A stretch of 64,000 nt of DNA from Candidatus Falkowbacteria bacterium (GTDB lineage: Bacteria > Patescibacteriota > Patescibacteriia > Patescibacteriales > UBA12465): the NCBI GenBank assembly GCA_016432645.1, contig CP066698.1, positions 901,062-965,061 on the forward strand, written 5' to 3'. The position numbers and the translations under genes were made by a program. Positions 17,246 through 26,453 of the stretch are shown here, piece by piece (the stretch's first letter is position 1; each line of letters starts with the position of its first letter). The notes beneath the pieces were generated by a model. That model was not told where the DNA came from, ran no database searches, and saw nothing but the letters and a program-made list of their open reading frames with translations.

Positions 17246-19342
17246 ATGGCCCGTAATACTAAAAAACGACATCTGCTCGAAGCACTGCAGGATAAAGAGT
17301 CTGATCCTTTTGCTATTAAGGAAGGCCGCTTTCGTTTTGGCCAGCTTAAGGACTCAGTTTATTATTCTGATTGGACCGAGCAGTCTTTTTTATCCGACAG
17401 CAGCAATAAAGAGATTATTACCCGCAGTTTTAATTTTTCCAAACTGAAATATTTTGCGTTGATTACTTTTTTGGCGCTGGCTTTAATTTTTGCCCGCACA
17501 ATTTGGCTGCAGATTATCAAAGGCAATTATTATTATTTATTATCAGAAGACAACCGTTTGCGGGCGGAAACTATTGAGCCGAAACGCGGCATTATTTATG
17601 ACCGCAATTTAAAGCCGTTGGTTAGAAACAAGGCCAACTTCGTTTTGTATTTGCGGCCGATAGATTTGCCGAAAAATGAATTGATACGCGACGAGCTGAT
17701 TAGGCAAATCAGCGCCGTGCTTGATGGCACGGATCAGGCTAAGCTGCCAACCGCCTCAATTTCTTCCAGTTCGCGGGAATTGAAATTAATTTCTGACAGC
17801 CCCTCTTTTTATACAATTAAAGAATTGCTGGCGACCGTAAAATTAGGTTCGCTTGAGTCTTATCAGCCTTTATTCATTCAGGATAATATTGACTATGACA
17901 AAGCGATGTTGATTTCTCTGCGCCTGCCGCAGTGGCCCGGAGTTTTTTTAACCACTAAAATCAGGCGCGAATATTTAACAGATAGCGATAACGGTCCCGT
18001 TATTTCCGGGGTGGACAGTTTGGCGCATATTTTAGGCTATACCGGTAAAATTAATGAGACGGAATTAAAAAAATTCGGTGCCAAATATTCGTTAATTGAT
18101 TATGTCGGTAAAGTCGGCATTGAGTATTCCTGGGAAGCAAAATTAAAAGGCGAGGCGGGCCGGAAAAATATTGAAGTTGACGCGCTCGGCCGCCAGAAGA
18201 AAATCATTAATGAAATTCCGGCTCAGGATGGTGCTAATTTAATGCTGGCGCTTGATTTGGACTTGCAGGAAAAAGCGGCTCAAGTCGCTCAAGTTTATTT
18301 GGATAAGTATAAGCTTAAGAAGGCCTCGATAATTATTATGAATCCGCAAAGCGGCGAAATTAGAGCGATGGTCTCTTTGCCGGCTTATGACAATAATGCT
18401 TTTGCCGCCGGTATCAGCCATGACGACTATAATAAATTTTTAAATGATGCCAGCCAGCCGCTTTTTAACCGTTCCATTAGCGGTGAATTTCCTTCCGGCT
18501 CTACTATCAAGCCAATTTTTGCCGCTGGCGCCTTGCAGGAAGGAGTTATCAATGAAAATACCAGTTTTTTAAGCAATGGCGGTCTGCGAATCGGCGAATG
18601 GTTTTTCCCAGATTGGAAGGCCGGCGGTCACGGAATGACGGATGTTAAAAAGGCAATTGCCATGTCTGTTAATACCTTTTTCTATTATATCGGCGGCGGC
18701 TATGGTGATTTTAAGGGCTTGGGATTAGATGGTTTAGTAAAGTATGCCAGATTATTTGGTTTAGGAGAGAAAACCGGCATTGATTTGAATGGCGAGGTTT
18801 CCGGTTTCGTGCCGACAGCCGCTTGGAAGGAACAGACCAAAAATGAACCTTGGTATATCGGCGATACTTATCACTTTGCTATCGGCCAGGGAGATGTTTT
18901 AGTAACCCCTCTTCAAGTAGCTAATTATACGGCGGCCATCGCTAATGGCGGGACGCTGTATCAGCCGCACCTAGTAGCCAAAATTTTAGATAGTAATAAC
19001 CAGTTGATTCAGGAAATTAAACCCCAAGTCATCAGACAGAATTTTATTAATACGGTTGATTTAAATATTGTGCGCGAAGGTATGCGCCAGACCGTGACTT
19101 CCGGCAGCGGCCGCTATTTAAATACTTTGCCGGTAACGATGGCTGGTAAAACCGGCACTGCTCAATGGTCAACGGTCAAAGCGCCTCACGCCTGGTTTAT
19201 CGGTTTTGCGCCTTATGAAAATCCGGAGCTATCAATCTCTATTCTAGTTGAAGAAGGAGTGGAGGGAAGTACCGTGGCCGTCCCGATAGCTTATGATATT
19301 TTTAATTGGTATTTTAGTGGCCATAATCAAACCGTTCAATAA
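17246..19342 (+). CDS. class B penicillin-binding protein (PBP2/FtsI-type transpeptidase)
   Basis: Motifs SGSTIKP (SxxK), SVN and KTGTA (KTG) are present, with an N-terminal TM anchor. The ATG at 17246 is preferred over the TTG at 17189. Confidence 0.9.
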   Translation: MARNTKKRHLLEALQDKESDPFAIKEGRFRFGQLKDSVYYSDWTEQSFLSDSSNKEIITRSFNFSKLKYFALITFLALALIFARTIWLQIIKGNYYYLLSEDNRLRAETIEPKRGIIYDRNLKPLVRNKANFVLYLRPIDLPKNELIRDELIRQISAVLDGTDQAKLPTASISSSSRELKLISDSPSFYTIKELLATVKLGSLESYQPLFIQDNIDYDKAMLISLRLPQWPGVFLTTKIRREYLTDSDNGPVISGVDSLAHILGYTGKINETELKKFGAKYSLIDYVGKVGIEYSWEAKLKGEAGRKNIEVDALGRQKKIINEIPAQDGANLMLALDLDLQEKAAQVAQVYLDKYKLKKASIIIMNPQSGEIRAMVSLPAYDNNAFAAGISHDDYNKFLNDASQPLFNRSISGEFPSGSTIKPIFAAGALQEGVINENTSFLSNGGLRIGEWFFPDWKAGGHGMTDVKKAIAMSVNTFFYYIGGGYGDFKGLGLDGLVKYARLFGLGEKTGIDLNGEVSGFVPTAAWKEQTKNEPWYIGDTYHFAIGQGDVLVTPLQVANYTAAIANGGTLYQPHLVAKILDSNNQLIQEIKPQVIRQNFINTVDLNIVREGMRQTVTSGSGRYLNTLPVTMAGKTGTAQWSTVKAPHAWFIGFAPYENPELSISILVEEGVEGSTVAVPIAYDIFNWYFSGHNQTVQ

Positions 19343-19348
19343 TTATTT

Positions 19349-19840
19349 ATGCCTTTAACGCTTCATTTATTTATTCATTTTGCTCTCGCCGCTTTAATTG
19401 GCTATTATTTTGGCCGTCGTTTTAATCATATTTGGCTGGGGCTTATTTTAGGAATTATCGGTGGATTTTTAATTGATTTAGATCATGTTTTGGAATATTT
19501 TTTATTTTACGGACTGCATTTTAATTTTACTTATTTTATTGAAAGCCGCCAATTTTTACTCACTGATAAGATTAGGCTTTTTTTTCATGCCTGGGAATAT
19601 TTCCCTGTATTATTGTTAATCGCCTGGCTCGGTCGTCGGCAACAGATATTAAAAATGGTTTTTTTGACGCTCGCGTTCGCTGGCCTGATCCATCTAATTA
19701 CCGATGTTGTTATCAACGGATATAGTTTGCCGTATTACTCTATTGCCTATCGCGCCCAGCATCATTTTTCGGCGCCGGAGCTTCTCAGTCCGGCTGATTA
19801 TCAGCAGAATCTTGACTATAAGCAGGAACTGGGAATTTAG
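19349..19840 (+). CDS. small polytopic membrane protein (possible DUF457/YdjM-like metal-dependent hydrolase)
   Basis: 163 aa with 4-5 hydrophobic helices and His/Asp residues (DLDHVLEY, HAWEY, HLITD). The family call is tentative. Confidence 0.4.
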   Translation: MPLTLHLFIHFALAALIGYYFGRRFNHIWLGLILGIIGGFLIDLDHVLEYFLFYGLHFNFTYFIESRQFLLTDKIRLFFHAWEYFPVLLLIAWLGRRQQILKMVFLTLAFAGLIHLITDVVINGYSLPYYSIAYRAQHHFSAPELLSPADYQQNLDYKQELGI

Positions 19841-19867
19841 CTTTTATTAGTTAATTTTTGTTCATAA

Positions 19868-19907
19868 TTAGCACTCTATTGACTTGAGTGCTAATTTTGT
19901 TTATAAT
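19868..19907 (+). promoter_or_regulatory. perfect CIRCE operator (TTAGCACTC-N9-GAGTGCTAA) interlocked with a TTGACT-N17-TATAAT promoter
   Basis: CIRCE spans 19868-19894. TTGACT at 19879-19884 lies in the CIRCE spacer, and TATAAT is at 19902-19907. hrcA starts at 19928. Confidence 0.9.
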
Positions 19908-19927
19908 GATATTTAGTTATAAAATAT

Positions 19928-20620
19928 ATGATTTCCGAGCGTAAACAATTTATTCTAGAAACCATAATTAAAGAGTATGTGAAGACGGCACAGCCCGTAT
20001 CTTCCGGCGTTTTGGTGGACAAATACAAATTGGATATTTCACCGGCCACCGTCCGCAACGAAATGATGGAACTGGAAGAAGAAGGCTATATCTATCAGCC
20101 GCATACTTCTGCCGGCCGGGTGCCGACCGAGATTGCTTATGAGTTGCTTTTGGAAACGATAAAAGACGTTAAAAAAAAGCGCAGCCTTAAAGAAGCGGAT
20201 GAGAAAAATTTAGAAAACATTTTTAATAAAGAGGGCGTAGCCTTGCGGCAAACCGCTAAAGCTATTTCCGAATTGGCGAGCGGCGCGGTTTTTTGGGCTT
20301 TTAATAAAAATGATTTATATTATACCGGTCTTTCCAATTTATTCTCTCAGCCGGAGTTTAAGCAAGTGGATGCCGTTTGTGATGTTTCGGGAATTATTGA
20401 TCGCATGGAAGAAATAATCGATGATATTTTTGAAGAGTTGCCGGAAGGCAGCCAGACTTTAATCGGTTCCAAAAATCCCTTCGGTAATTTTCTAAGCGCC
20501 GTCCTGGTTAAATACCGGCATGAGGGCGCTCATGGCTTGTTTGGAATTTTAGGGCCGATGCGCATGGATTACGGCCATAACTTGGCGCTGGCCGAATTTA
20601 TTAAAAAGAAATTTGATTAA
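19928..20620 (+). CDS. hrcA: heat-inducible transcription repressor HrcA (short, 230 aa)
   Basis: It has an N-terminal wHTH (ETIIKEYVKTAQPVSSGVLV...SPATVRNEMMELEEEGYIYQPHTSAGRVPT) and the conserved C-terminus GILGPMRMDYGHNL. CIRCE lies directly upstream. Confidence 0.85.
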   Translation: MISERKQFILETIIKEYVKTAQPVSSGVLVDKYKLDISPATVRNEMMELEEEGYIYQPHTSAGRVPTEIAYELLLETIKDVKKKRSLKEADEKNLENIFNKEGVALRQTAKAISELASGAVFWAFNKNDLYYTGLSNLFSQPEFKQVDAVCDVSGIIDRMEEIIDDIFEELPEGSQTLIGSKNPFGNFLSAVLVKYRHEGAHGLFGILGPMRMDYGHNLALAEFIKKKFD

Positions 20621-20624
20621 AATT

Positions 20625-21248
20625 ATGGAAGAGTTAAAAAAAGGAATTTATCGTCATTATAAAGGCGGCGAATATCGGATTTTAAACGAAGCGCTTAATT
20701 CCGAAACTAAAGAAGAGCAAGTTGTTTATCAGGACCTTAAGAATGAATCTAAAATTTGGGTTCGTCCTAAAAAAATGTTTTTGGAAGAAGTGGAAGTCAA
20801 GGGAGTTAAAAAGGCGCGTTTTGAATTTTTAGCTACCGCCGATGAAACTTCTGAGGCCCTAGAACATCAATATAAGAGGGCTTTAGCCGATTATCACAAT
20901 CTGCTAAAGCAAAGCGCTAAGGATAAAGCTGATTTTGTAAAATATGCGCTCCAAGATTTCTTGCAGGATATTTTGCCGGTGTATGACCATCTTAAACTAT
21001 CTTTGCTGGGGTTGAAGGAGGAAGATAATAGTAATCCGTGGGCCGTCGGCGTCCGTCATGTCTTGAAACAGTTTAAAGATGTTTTAGAGTCAAAGGGAGT
21101 TATGGAAATTAAAACGGTGGGTGAAAAATTTGATCATAATACGATGGAAGCCATGGATGGCGCGGGTGAATTAGTTGATAAAGAAGTGATGCCCGGGTAT
21201 ATGTTAAATGGCCGCGTAATCAGGCCCGCCAAAGTAATTGTTAAATAA
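20625..21248 (+). CDS. grpE: GrpE nucleotide exchange factor with an N-terminal DUF1653-like domain
   Basis: The C-terminal part (ALADYHNLLKQSAKDK...FDHNTMEAM...GYMLNGRVIRPAKVIV) is GrpE-like. The N-terminal ~65 aa (GIYRHYKGGEYRILNEALNSETKEEQVVYQDL...IWVRPKKMF) resembles DUF1653. Confidence 0.8.
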   Translation: MEELKKGIYRHYKGGEYRILNEALNSETKEEQVVYQDLKNESKIWVRPKKMFLEEVEVKGVKKARFEFLATADETSEALEHQYKRALADYHNLLKQSAKDKADFVKYALQDFLQDILPVYDHLKLSLLGLKEEDNSNPWAVGVRHVLKQFKDVLESKGVMEIKTVGEKFDHNTMEAMDGAGELVDKEVMPGYMLNGRVIRPAKVIVK

Positions 21249-21273
21249 ATTAATTTTTAATCTTTCGCTATCT

Positions 21274-21298
21274 ACTGGCCGTCAGAGTCGCCAGTTTT
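21274..21298 (+). terminator. weak terminator-like hairpin after grpE
   Basis: ACTGGC-N10-GCCAGT followed by TTTT. Confidence 0.4.
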
Positions 21299-21319
21299 AG
21301 GGAAAGAGATATTAAGTCT

Positions 21320-21748
21320 ATGTCTTTAATAAAATGGACTCCATTCTTTTCAGAATTTGACGACATGGATAAGGCTTTAGAATCCATGTTGCCAAGCGTT
21401 CGCGGCAATCAGTTCGGTTTTACGCCGGCGGTTGATATGTACGAGGACAAAGATAATATTGTTGTCGAAACGCAACTGGCCGGTATTGACCCGGATAAGG
21501 TTGATATCTCCATTGAAAACAACGTACTGTGCATCAAGGGAGAAAGTGAAAAAAAGAGCGAAGTGGAAGATAAGAATTATTATCGTCAAGAAATTCGCCG
21601 CGGTTCTTTTTACCGCTCCATTCCTTTACCGACTAAAGTTGATGGCGATCAAGCCAGCGCTGTAAATGAAGGCGGTGTTTTAAAGATTAACATTCCCAAG
21701 GCTTCTGAGGTAAAGCCAAAATCTATTAAAATCCAAACTAAAAAATAA
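21320..21748 (+). CDS. Hsp20/alpha-crystallin small heat-shock protein
   Basis: 142 aa. The core PAVDMYEDKDNIVVETQLAGIDPDKVDISIENNVLCIKGE...FYRSIPLP...GVLKINIPK is a typical ACD. Confidence 0.9.
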   Translation: MSLIKWTPFFSEFDDMDKALESMLPSVRGNQFGFTPAVDMYEDKDNIVVETQLAGIDPDKVDISIENNVLCIKGESEKKSEVEDKNYYRQEIRRGSFYRSIPLPTKVDGDQASAVNEGGVLKINIPKASEVKPKSIKIQTKK

Positions 21749-21828
21749 TCAGTAATTGATATTTCGGCCCTGAAATATTCGGGGCCGATAATCAGTTAGT
21801 GATTAACTAATTATAAAAATAAAAAAAT

Positions 21829-23745
21829 ATGGCAAAAATTTTAGGAATTGACTTAGGGACGACTAATTCCGCCATGGCAATCATGGAGGGCGGCGTTCCT
21901 AAAATCATTGAAAACATTGAAGGCAATCGGACAACTCCTTCGGTGGTGGCAATTTCCAAAACTGGCGAGAGAATCGTCGGCGCCGCCGCTAAAAGACAAG
22001 CAGTTATTAATCCGGAGAATACCGTTTACGCGGTTAAGCGTTTAATCGGCCGTCATTTTGGCGAAGAAGAAGTGCAGCGCGATTTAAAGACGGCACCTTA
22101 TAAAATTGTTCAAGCTGGGGAAGGCGTTAAAGTGAAGATGGGCGATAAAGATTATACGCCTCAAGAAATTTCCGCAATGGTTTTGTCTAAATTAAAAGCG
22201 GATGCTGAAGCGAAGCTGGGAGAAAAAATTACCGAAGCGATTATTACTGTTCCGGCCTATTTTAACGACTCTCAGCGCCAAGCAACCAAAGACGCTGGTC
22301 AAATTGCCGGTTTAGACGTTAAACGCATTATCAATGAACCGACAGCAGCCGCTTTGGCTTATGGTTTTGATAAAAAGAACGGCCAGAAAATTGCTGTCTA
22401 TGATTTAGGCGGCGGCACTTTTGATGTTTCCGTCCTTGATATTTCCGCTGATACGGTTGAGGTTAAATCAACTAATGGCGACACTCATTTAGGCGGTGAA
22501 GATTTTGATCAGCGAATTATTAATTGGATTATTGAAGAATTTAAGCGCGATCAAGGTATTGATTTGTCGAAAGATGCTTTGGCTTTACAGAGAATTAAAG
22601 AAGCAGCTGAAAAAGCTAAAATTGAATTATCAACTTCTCAAGAAACAGAAATTAATCAACCTTTTATTACGACCGATGCCAATGGCCCGAAACATTTAGT
22701 AATGAAAATGTCTCGCGCAAAACTGGAATCTTTGGTGGCCGATTTGGTTGAGAAGACTATTGAGCCTTGCCGCCAAGCCATTCATGATTCCGGTTTCCAA
22801 ATTGGCGATATTAATGAAATCTTAATGGTTGGCGGAATGACTCGCATGCCTTTGGTTCAGCAAAAAGTTAAAGAATTTTTTGGTAAAGAACCAAATCTAA
22901 GCGTTAATCCTGATGAAGTAGTAGCGATGGGGGCTGCCGTTCAAGCTGGCGTTTTGCAGGGCGATGTTAAAGACGTTTTATTGCTTGATGTCACTCCGCT
23001 TACTTTGGGAATTGAAACTTTAGGTGGTGTGGCTACTCCTTTAATTGAAAAGAATACGACCATTCCTACCTCCAAGTCGCAAGTATTTTCTACGGCTGCT
23101 GATGGCCAAACGAGCGTGGAAATTCATATTGTCCAGGGCGAAAGACCGATGGCTGCCGATAATAAAACTCTCGGACGTTTTATTCTAGACGGCATTCCAT
23201 CCGCTCCGCGCGGCATTCCGCAAGTGGAGGTTAAATTTGATTTGGACGCCAATGGTATTTTAAATGTTTCGGCGACTGATAAGGCGACTAACAAGCAGCA
23301 AAAAATTACGATTACGGCTTCTTCGGGGTTGTCGAAAGAAGAAATTGAAAAAATGAAACAAGAGGCCGAGTTGCACGCCGAAGAAGACAAAAAGAAAAAA
23401 GAAGAAGTGGAGATAAAAAACCAAGCTGAAGTCGTAGTCTTTACCACCGAGAAAATGTTGAAAGAATCCGGTGATAAGATGAAGGCTGAAGACAAGAAAG
23501 ATTTGGAAGAAAAAGTTGAGGCTCTTAAGAAAGCTAAGGAGAGCGGCAGCTTAGAAGAGATGAAAAAGAAAATGGAAGAATTGAATACCGTTGCCCAGAA
23601 GATTGGCGCCGCGATGTATCAGCAGCCGGGAGCGGGCGCTCCGGGAGCCGGAGCAGCGGGTGCTGGCGCGGAAGCAGCTGGCGATAAGCCGGCTGAGGAG
23701 AAAAAAGATGATGTGGTTGAGGGTGAAGTAGAAGAGAATAAATAA
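21829..23745 (+). CDS. dnaK: molecular chaperone DnaK (Hsp70)
   Basis: [19 protein letters not shown] and the rest of the Hsp70 layout are present, ending in a Gly/Ala-rich tail. Confidence 0.97.
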   Translation: MAKILGIDLGTTNSAMAIMEGGVPKIIENIEGNRTTPSVVAISKTGERIVGAAAKRQAVINPENTVYAVKRLIGRHFGEEEVQRDLKTAPYKIVQAGEGVKVKMGDKDYTPQEISAMVLSKLKADAEAKLGEKITEAIITVPAYFNDSQRQATKDAGQIAGLDVKRIINEPTAAALAYGFDKKNGQKIAVYDLGGGTFDVSVLDISADTVEVKSTNGDTHLGGEDFDQRIINWIIEEFKRDQGIDLSKDALALQRIKEAAEKAKIELSTSQETEINQPFITTDANGPKHLVMKMSRAKLESLVADLVEKTIEPCRQAIHDSGFQIGDINEILMVGGMTRMPLVQQKVKEFFGKEPNLSVNPDEVVAMGAAVQAGVLQGDVKDVLLLDVTPLTLGIETLGGVATPLIEKNTTIPTSKSQVFSTAADGQTSVEIHIVQGERPMAADNKTLGRFILDGIPSAPRGIPQVEVKFDLDANGILNVSATDKATNKQQKITITASSGLSKEEIEKMKQEAELHAEEDKKKKEEVEIKNQAEVVVFTTEKMLKESGDKMKAEDKKDLEEKVEALKKAKESGSLEEMKKKMEELNTVAQKIGAAMYQQPGAGAPGAGAAGAGAEAAGDKPAEEKKDDVVEGEVEENK

Positions 23746-23761
23746 GTTTGCTTATTCTTTG

Positions 23762-23787
23762 GTTGCCTCTCTTTAAAGAGAGGCAAC
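23762..23787 (+). terminator. perfect 10-bp hairpin between dnaK and dnaJ (attenuator or processing site; weak T tail)
   Basis: GTTGCCTCTC-TTTAAA-GAGAGGCAAC followed by TTGTTG. Confidence 0.45.
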
Positions 23788-23805
23788 TTGTTGAATAAAT
23801 AAATT

Positions 23806-24891
23806 ATGTCCAAAGATTATTACGATATATTAGGGGTTTCAAAAACGGCCAGTCCCGATGAAATCAAGACCGCTTTTCGCAAAAAAGCACATGAGCATCA
23901 TCCGGATAAAGGCGGGGACGCGGAAAAATTTAAAGAATATAATGAGGCCTATCAAGTATTAGGCAATCCCGAAAAAAGAAAGCAATACGATCAATTCGGC
24001 TCCGCTTTTCAAAATGGCCAAGCCGGCGGCGCTAATTATGGCGGGTTTTCCGGTTGGCAAAACGGCGGCGGCTTCAATATGGATTTTGAAGATTTAAGCG
24101 AAATGTTCGGCGGCTTCGGCGATATTTTTGGTTTCGGTGGCGCTAATACGCGCGGCGGCGCTAAACGCCAAGCTCGCGGGCGCGATTTAGAATTAAATTT
24201 AAATTTGGATTTTAAAGAAGCGGTCTTTGGATTAGAAAAAGAAATTCAATTTTCTAAAAATATCACTTGCCATCACTGTCATGGCCAGGGCTACGAACCG
24301 GGAGCAAAAGTTGAAACCTGTACTAATTGTCGGGGGACTGGAAAAATTGCCCGTCTGCAAAGGACAATTTTAGGTAATATCCAAACGCAATCAGTCTGCC
24401 CTCATTGCGATGGCGAAGGCAAAATTTATAGTCAAAAATGTACTAGATGCAGCGGTTCCGGAGTTCATCATGAACAAGTCAAAATAAAAGTTAGAATTCC
24501 AGCCGGTATAAATAATGGCGAGTCAATTCGTCTAAGCGGCCAAGGAGAAGCTGGTCAGAAAGGCGCCTCAGCCGGCGATTTGTATTTGCGCGTTAAAATA
24601 TCTAACCACCCCCAGTTTATTCGTGATGGCTACGATATTAAAACAGAAGAAACGATTAGTATCCGACAAGCAATTCTCGGGGATAAAATTGATATTGAGA
24701 CGGTAAATGGACCTTTAAAGCTAAAAATTCCTGCCGGAACGCAATCCGGCACAATCTTTAAGCTAAAAGAAAAGGGAATTATAAAATTGCATAGCCGCGG
24801 CATTGGCGACCATTTTGTTAAAATAATAGTAAAAATACCTTCCAACCTTAGCCGAAAACAAAAAAATCTACTGGAAGAACTTGATATTTAA
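23806..24891 (+). CDS. dnaJ: co-chaperone DnaJ (type I: J domain, G/F region, zinc finger)
   Basis: DYYDILGV...HPDK is the J domain. A G/F-rich linker and four CxxCxGxG repeats ([32 protein letters not shown]) follow. Confidence 0.95.
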   Translation: MSKDYYDILGVSKTASPDEIKTAFRKKAHEHHPDKGGDAEKFKEYNEAYQVLGNPEKRKQYDQFGSAFQNGQAGGANYGGFSGWQNGGGFNMDFEDLSEMFGGFGDIFGFGGANTRGGAKRQARGRDLELNLNLDFKEAVFGLEKEIQFSKNITCHHCHGQGYEPGAKVETCTNCRGTGKIARLQRTILGNIQTQSVCPHCDGEGKIYSQKCTRCSGSGVHHEQVKIKVRIPAGINNGESIRLSGQGEAGQKGASAGDLYLRVKISNHPQFIRDGYDIKTEETISIRQAILGDKIDIETVNGPLKLKIPAGTQSGTIFKLKEKGIIKLHSRGIGDHFVKIIVKIPSNLSRKQKNLLEELDI

Positions 24892-24904
24892 GACCTTGAT
24901 TTTA

Positions 24905-24932
24905 TTGACTTTTCGCTTAAAAATGCTAAAAT
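24905..24932 (+). promoter_or_regulatory. putative promoter TTGACT-N16-TAAAAT for the Cys-rich micro-protein gene
   Basis: TTGACT at 24905-24910 and TAAAAT at 24927-24932, 32 nt before the ATG at 24965. Confidence 0.45.
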
Positions 24933-24964
24933 AAGAGTGTTTATTATTTTAACCAAATAAAACT

Positions 24965-25174
24965 ATGAGTAATTGGTTTAAGAAGCTTTTTGGCGCCAAG
25001 GATTGTTGTTGCCATAAAGGCGAAGACTGTTGTCATAAAGGTGAAGACTGCTGCCATCACCAAGAAGAAAATAAGAACGAGGAAGCTGCGGCTCCGATGT
25101 CTGCTCCTGAAACCCCGGTTTCTAGTCAGGAAGCTCCTGTTGCCGACAATAACGAAGCTCCAAAAACAGAATAA
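24965..25174 (+). CDS. 69-aa Cys/His-rich small protein (CCHKGED tandem repeats); function unknown, metal binding hypothesised
   Basis: The product is MSNWFKKLFGAKDCCCHKGEDCCHKGEDCCHH followed by an acidic, Pro-rich tail. The gene has its own promoter-like element and a strong terminator. The two nucleotide differences between the full repeat copies are both synonymous. Confidence 0.6.
   Translation: MSNWFKKLFGAKDCCCHKGEDCCHKGEDCCHHQEENKNEEAAAPMSAPETPVSSQEAPVADNNEAPKTE
25007..25057 (+). repeat. in-frame 21-nt tandem repeat, about 2.4 copies
   Basis: Copy one is tgttgccataaaggcgaagac and copy two is tgttgtcataaaggtgaagac; a partial third copy begins tgctgccat. Each full copy encodes CCHKGED. 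Confidence 0.85.
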
Positions 25175-25194
25175 TTTTTTTAGGTTTAAAAGTT

Positions 25195-25220
25195 AAAAAG
25201 CGCGATTTTTCGCGTTTTTT
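25195..25220 (+). terminator. rho-independent terminator after the micro-protein gene
   Basis: AAAAAGCGCGA-TTTT-TCGCGTTTTTT: a GC-rich stem, a tetraloop and a T6 tail. Confidence 0.7.
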
Positions 25221-25237
25221 ACTTGATTAAGATATTT

Positions 25238-26092
25238 ATGATTATTGATACCCATGCTCATGTAAATTTTGCTGCTTTTAGGGATGATGCCGATGCGGTT
25301 ATCCGCCGGTCTCTAGATAATGAGACTTGGATGGTTTTGGTTGGTTCTGAATTTAAAACTTCTAACCGCGCCTTGAATTATGCCAATAAATATGAGAAGG
25401 GTGTTTATGCCGCTATTGGATTGCACCCGGTTCATTTGCAAGAGGGACTAATTGAAAATGATGATGATGAAAATGGTGAATATAGTTTTACCCCGCGAGC
25501 CGAGGAGTTTAATTATGGTAGTTACGAAAAATTGGCTAAATTTGAAAAAGTGGTGGCTATCGGAGAAATCGGCTTAGATTATTATCATCTAGATCCAACT
25601 CAAGACATAACAGCTATAAAGAAAAAACAGCAAGAAGTTTTTGCTCAACAATTAGTCTTAGCACAAAATTTAGATTTACCGGTGATTATCCATTGCCGCC
25701 AAGCACATGATGATTTATTGGCCATTTTACAGGATTTTAAAAAGGAATATGGTCATTTATTACCCACCGATCGTCCTTGGGGGGTTATTCATTGTTTTTC
25801 CGGCGACGAAGATTTGGCTTGGAAATACTTTAATCTAGGTTTGATTATCTCCTTTACTGGTTTAATTACTTTTAGCCAGCAATGGGATAATTTAATCAGA
25901 AAAACGCCGCTAGAAAAAATAATGGTCGAAACAGATACTCCTTACATGACTCCAGAACCTTATCGTGGCCAGAGAAATGAGCCGGTCTTAGTACAGTATG
26001 TGGCTGCTCGAATTGCAGAAATTAAGGGGATAAAGTTGGAAAAAGTAGCTGAAATTACCACGGCGACTGCTAGGGCCTTTTTTAGGATATAA
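25238..26092 (+). CDS. tatD: TatD-family metal-dependent hydrolase/DNase
   Basis: The MIIDTHAHVNF start is preferred over the TTG at 25223. GEIGLDY, VIIHCR, GVIHCFSG and ETDTPYM are present. Confidence 0.85.
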   Translation: MIIDTHAHVNFAAFRDDADAVIRRSLDNETWMVLVGSEFKTSNRALNYANKYEKGVYAAIGLHPVHLQEGLIENDDDENGEYSFTPRAEEFNYGSYEKLAKFEKVVAIGEIGLDYYHLDPTQDITAIKKKQQEVFAQQLVLAQNLDLPVIIHCRQAHDDLLAILQDFKKEYGHLLPTDRPWGVIHCFSGDEDLAWKYFNLGLIISFTGLITFSQQWDNLIRKTPLEKIMVETDTPYMTPEPYRGQRNEPVLVQYVAARIAEIKGIKLEKVAEITTATARAFFRI

Positions 26093-26130
26093 TTTGGCCA
26101 TTTTCCTAAAATTTTTGAAAAATTGGAGGG

Positions 26131-26159
26131 TTGACATTTATTGTTTTCTGCTGTATAAG
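26131..26159 (+). promoter_or_regulatory. putative atp operon promoter TTGACA-N17-TATAAG
   Basis: TTGACA at 26131-26136 and TATAAG at 26154-26159, preceded by TG. This lies 28 nt before the first atp-associated ORF. Confidence 0.5.
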
Positions 26160-26186
26160 GAAGATGGCTTAAAATAAGCTAAAAAT

Positions 26187-26438
26187 ATGAAAAATGATAC
26201 TTGGAGCCTGGCTTTGAAAATCATGGCCAGAATTTCTGGTTGGATTGCTTTTCCGGTGATTATTGGGGTTTTTTTAGGAAAATGGCTGGATAACAGATTT
26301 AATACTGAGCCTTGGCTTTTTCTGGCGACTGTTGCTTTGAGTTTTGTGGTTTCAATGTATGGCCTGGTCAAAAACGCCATGAAAGAATTTAAAAAAATTG
26401 AAGACGAATACGCTAAAAATAAAGAAGAAAAAAAATAA
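26187..26438 (+). CDS. AtpZ/AtpI-like small membrane protein of the ATP synthase operon
   Basis: 83 aa with two TM helices (ISGWIAFPVIIGVFLGKWLD, WLFLATVALSFVVSMYGL), placed immediately upstream of atpB. Confidence 0.6.
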   Translation: MKNDTWSLALKIMARISGWIAFPVIIGVFLGKWLDNRFNTEPWLFLATVALSFVVSMYGLVKNAMKEFKKIEDEYAKNKEEKK

Positions 26439-26453
26439 GTTAATTCCAAAAAA

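Noticed and set aside
23124-23813. Minus-strand ORFs of 123 aa and 64 aa
   Set aside because: They are antisense to the dnaK C-terminus and the dnaK-dnaJ junction. The products are low-complexity mirrors of the Lys/Glu-rich and Gly/Ala-rich DnaK tail.
25004-25060. Tandem 21-nt repeats as a possible CRISPR or other noncoding repeat array
   Set aside because: There are only ~2.4 copies with no spacers, and they are in-frame within an ORF. The differences between copies are synonymous. This is a coding repeat, not CRISPR.
24990-25196. 68-aa ORF in an alternative frame overlapping the Cys-rich micro-protein gene
   Set aside because: Its Lys/Arg/Leu-rich product has no features, and it runs through the terminator. 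The synonymous-only variation between repeat copies supports the other frame (24965-25174).
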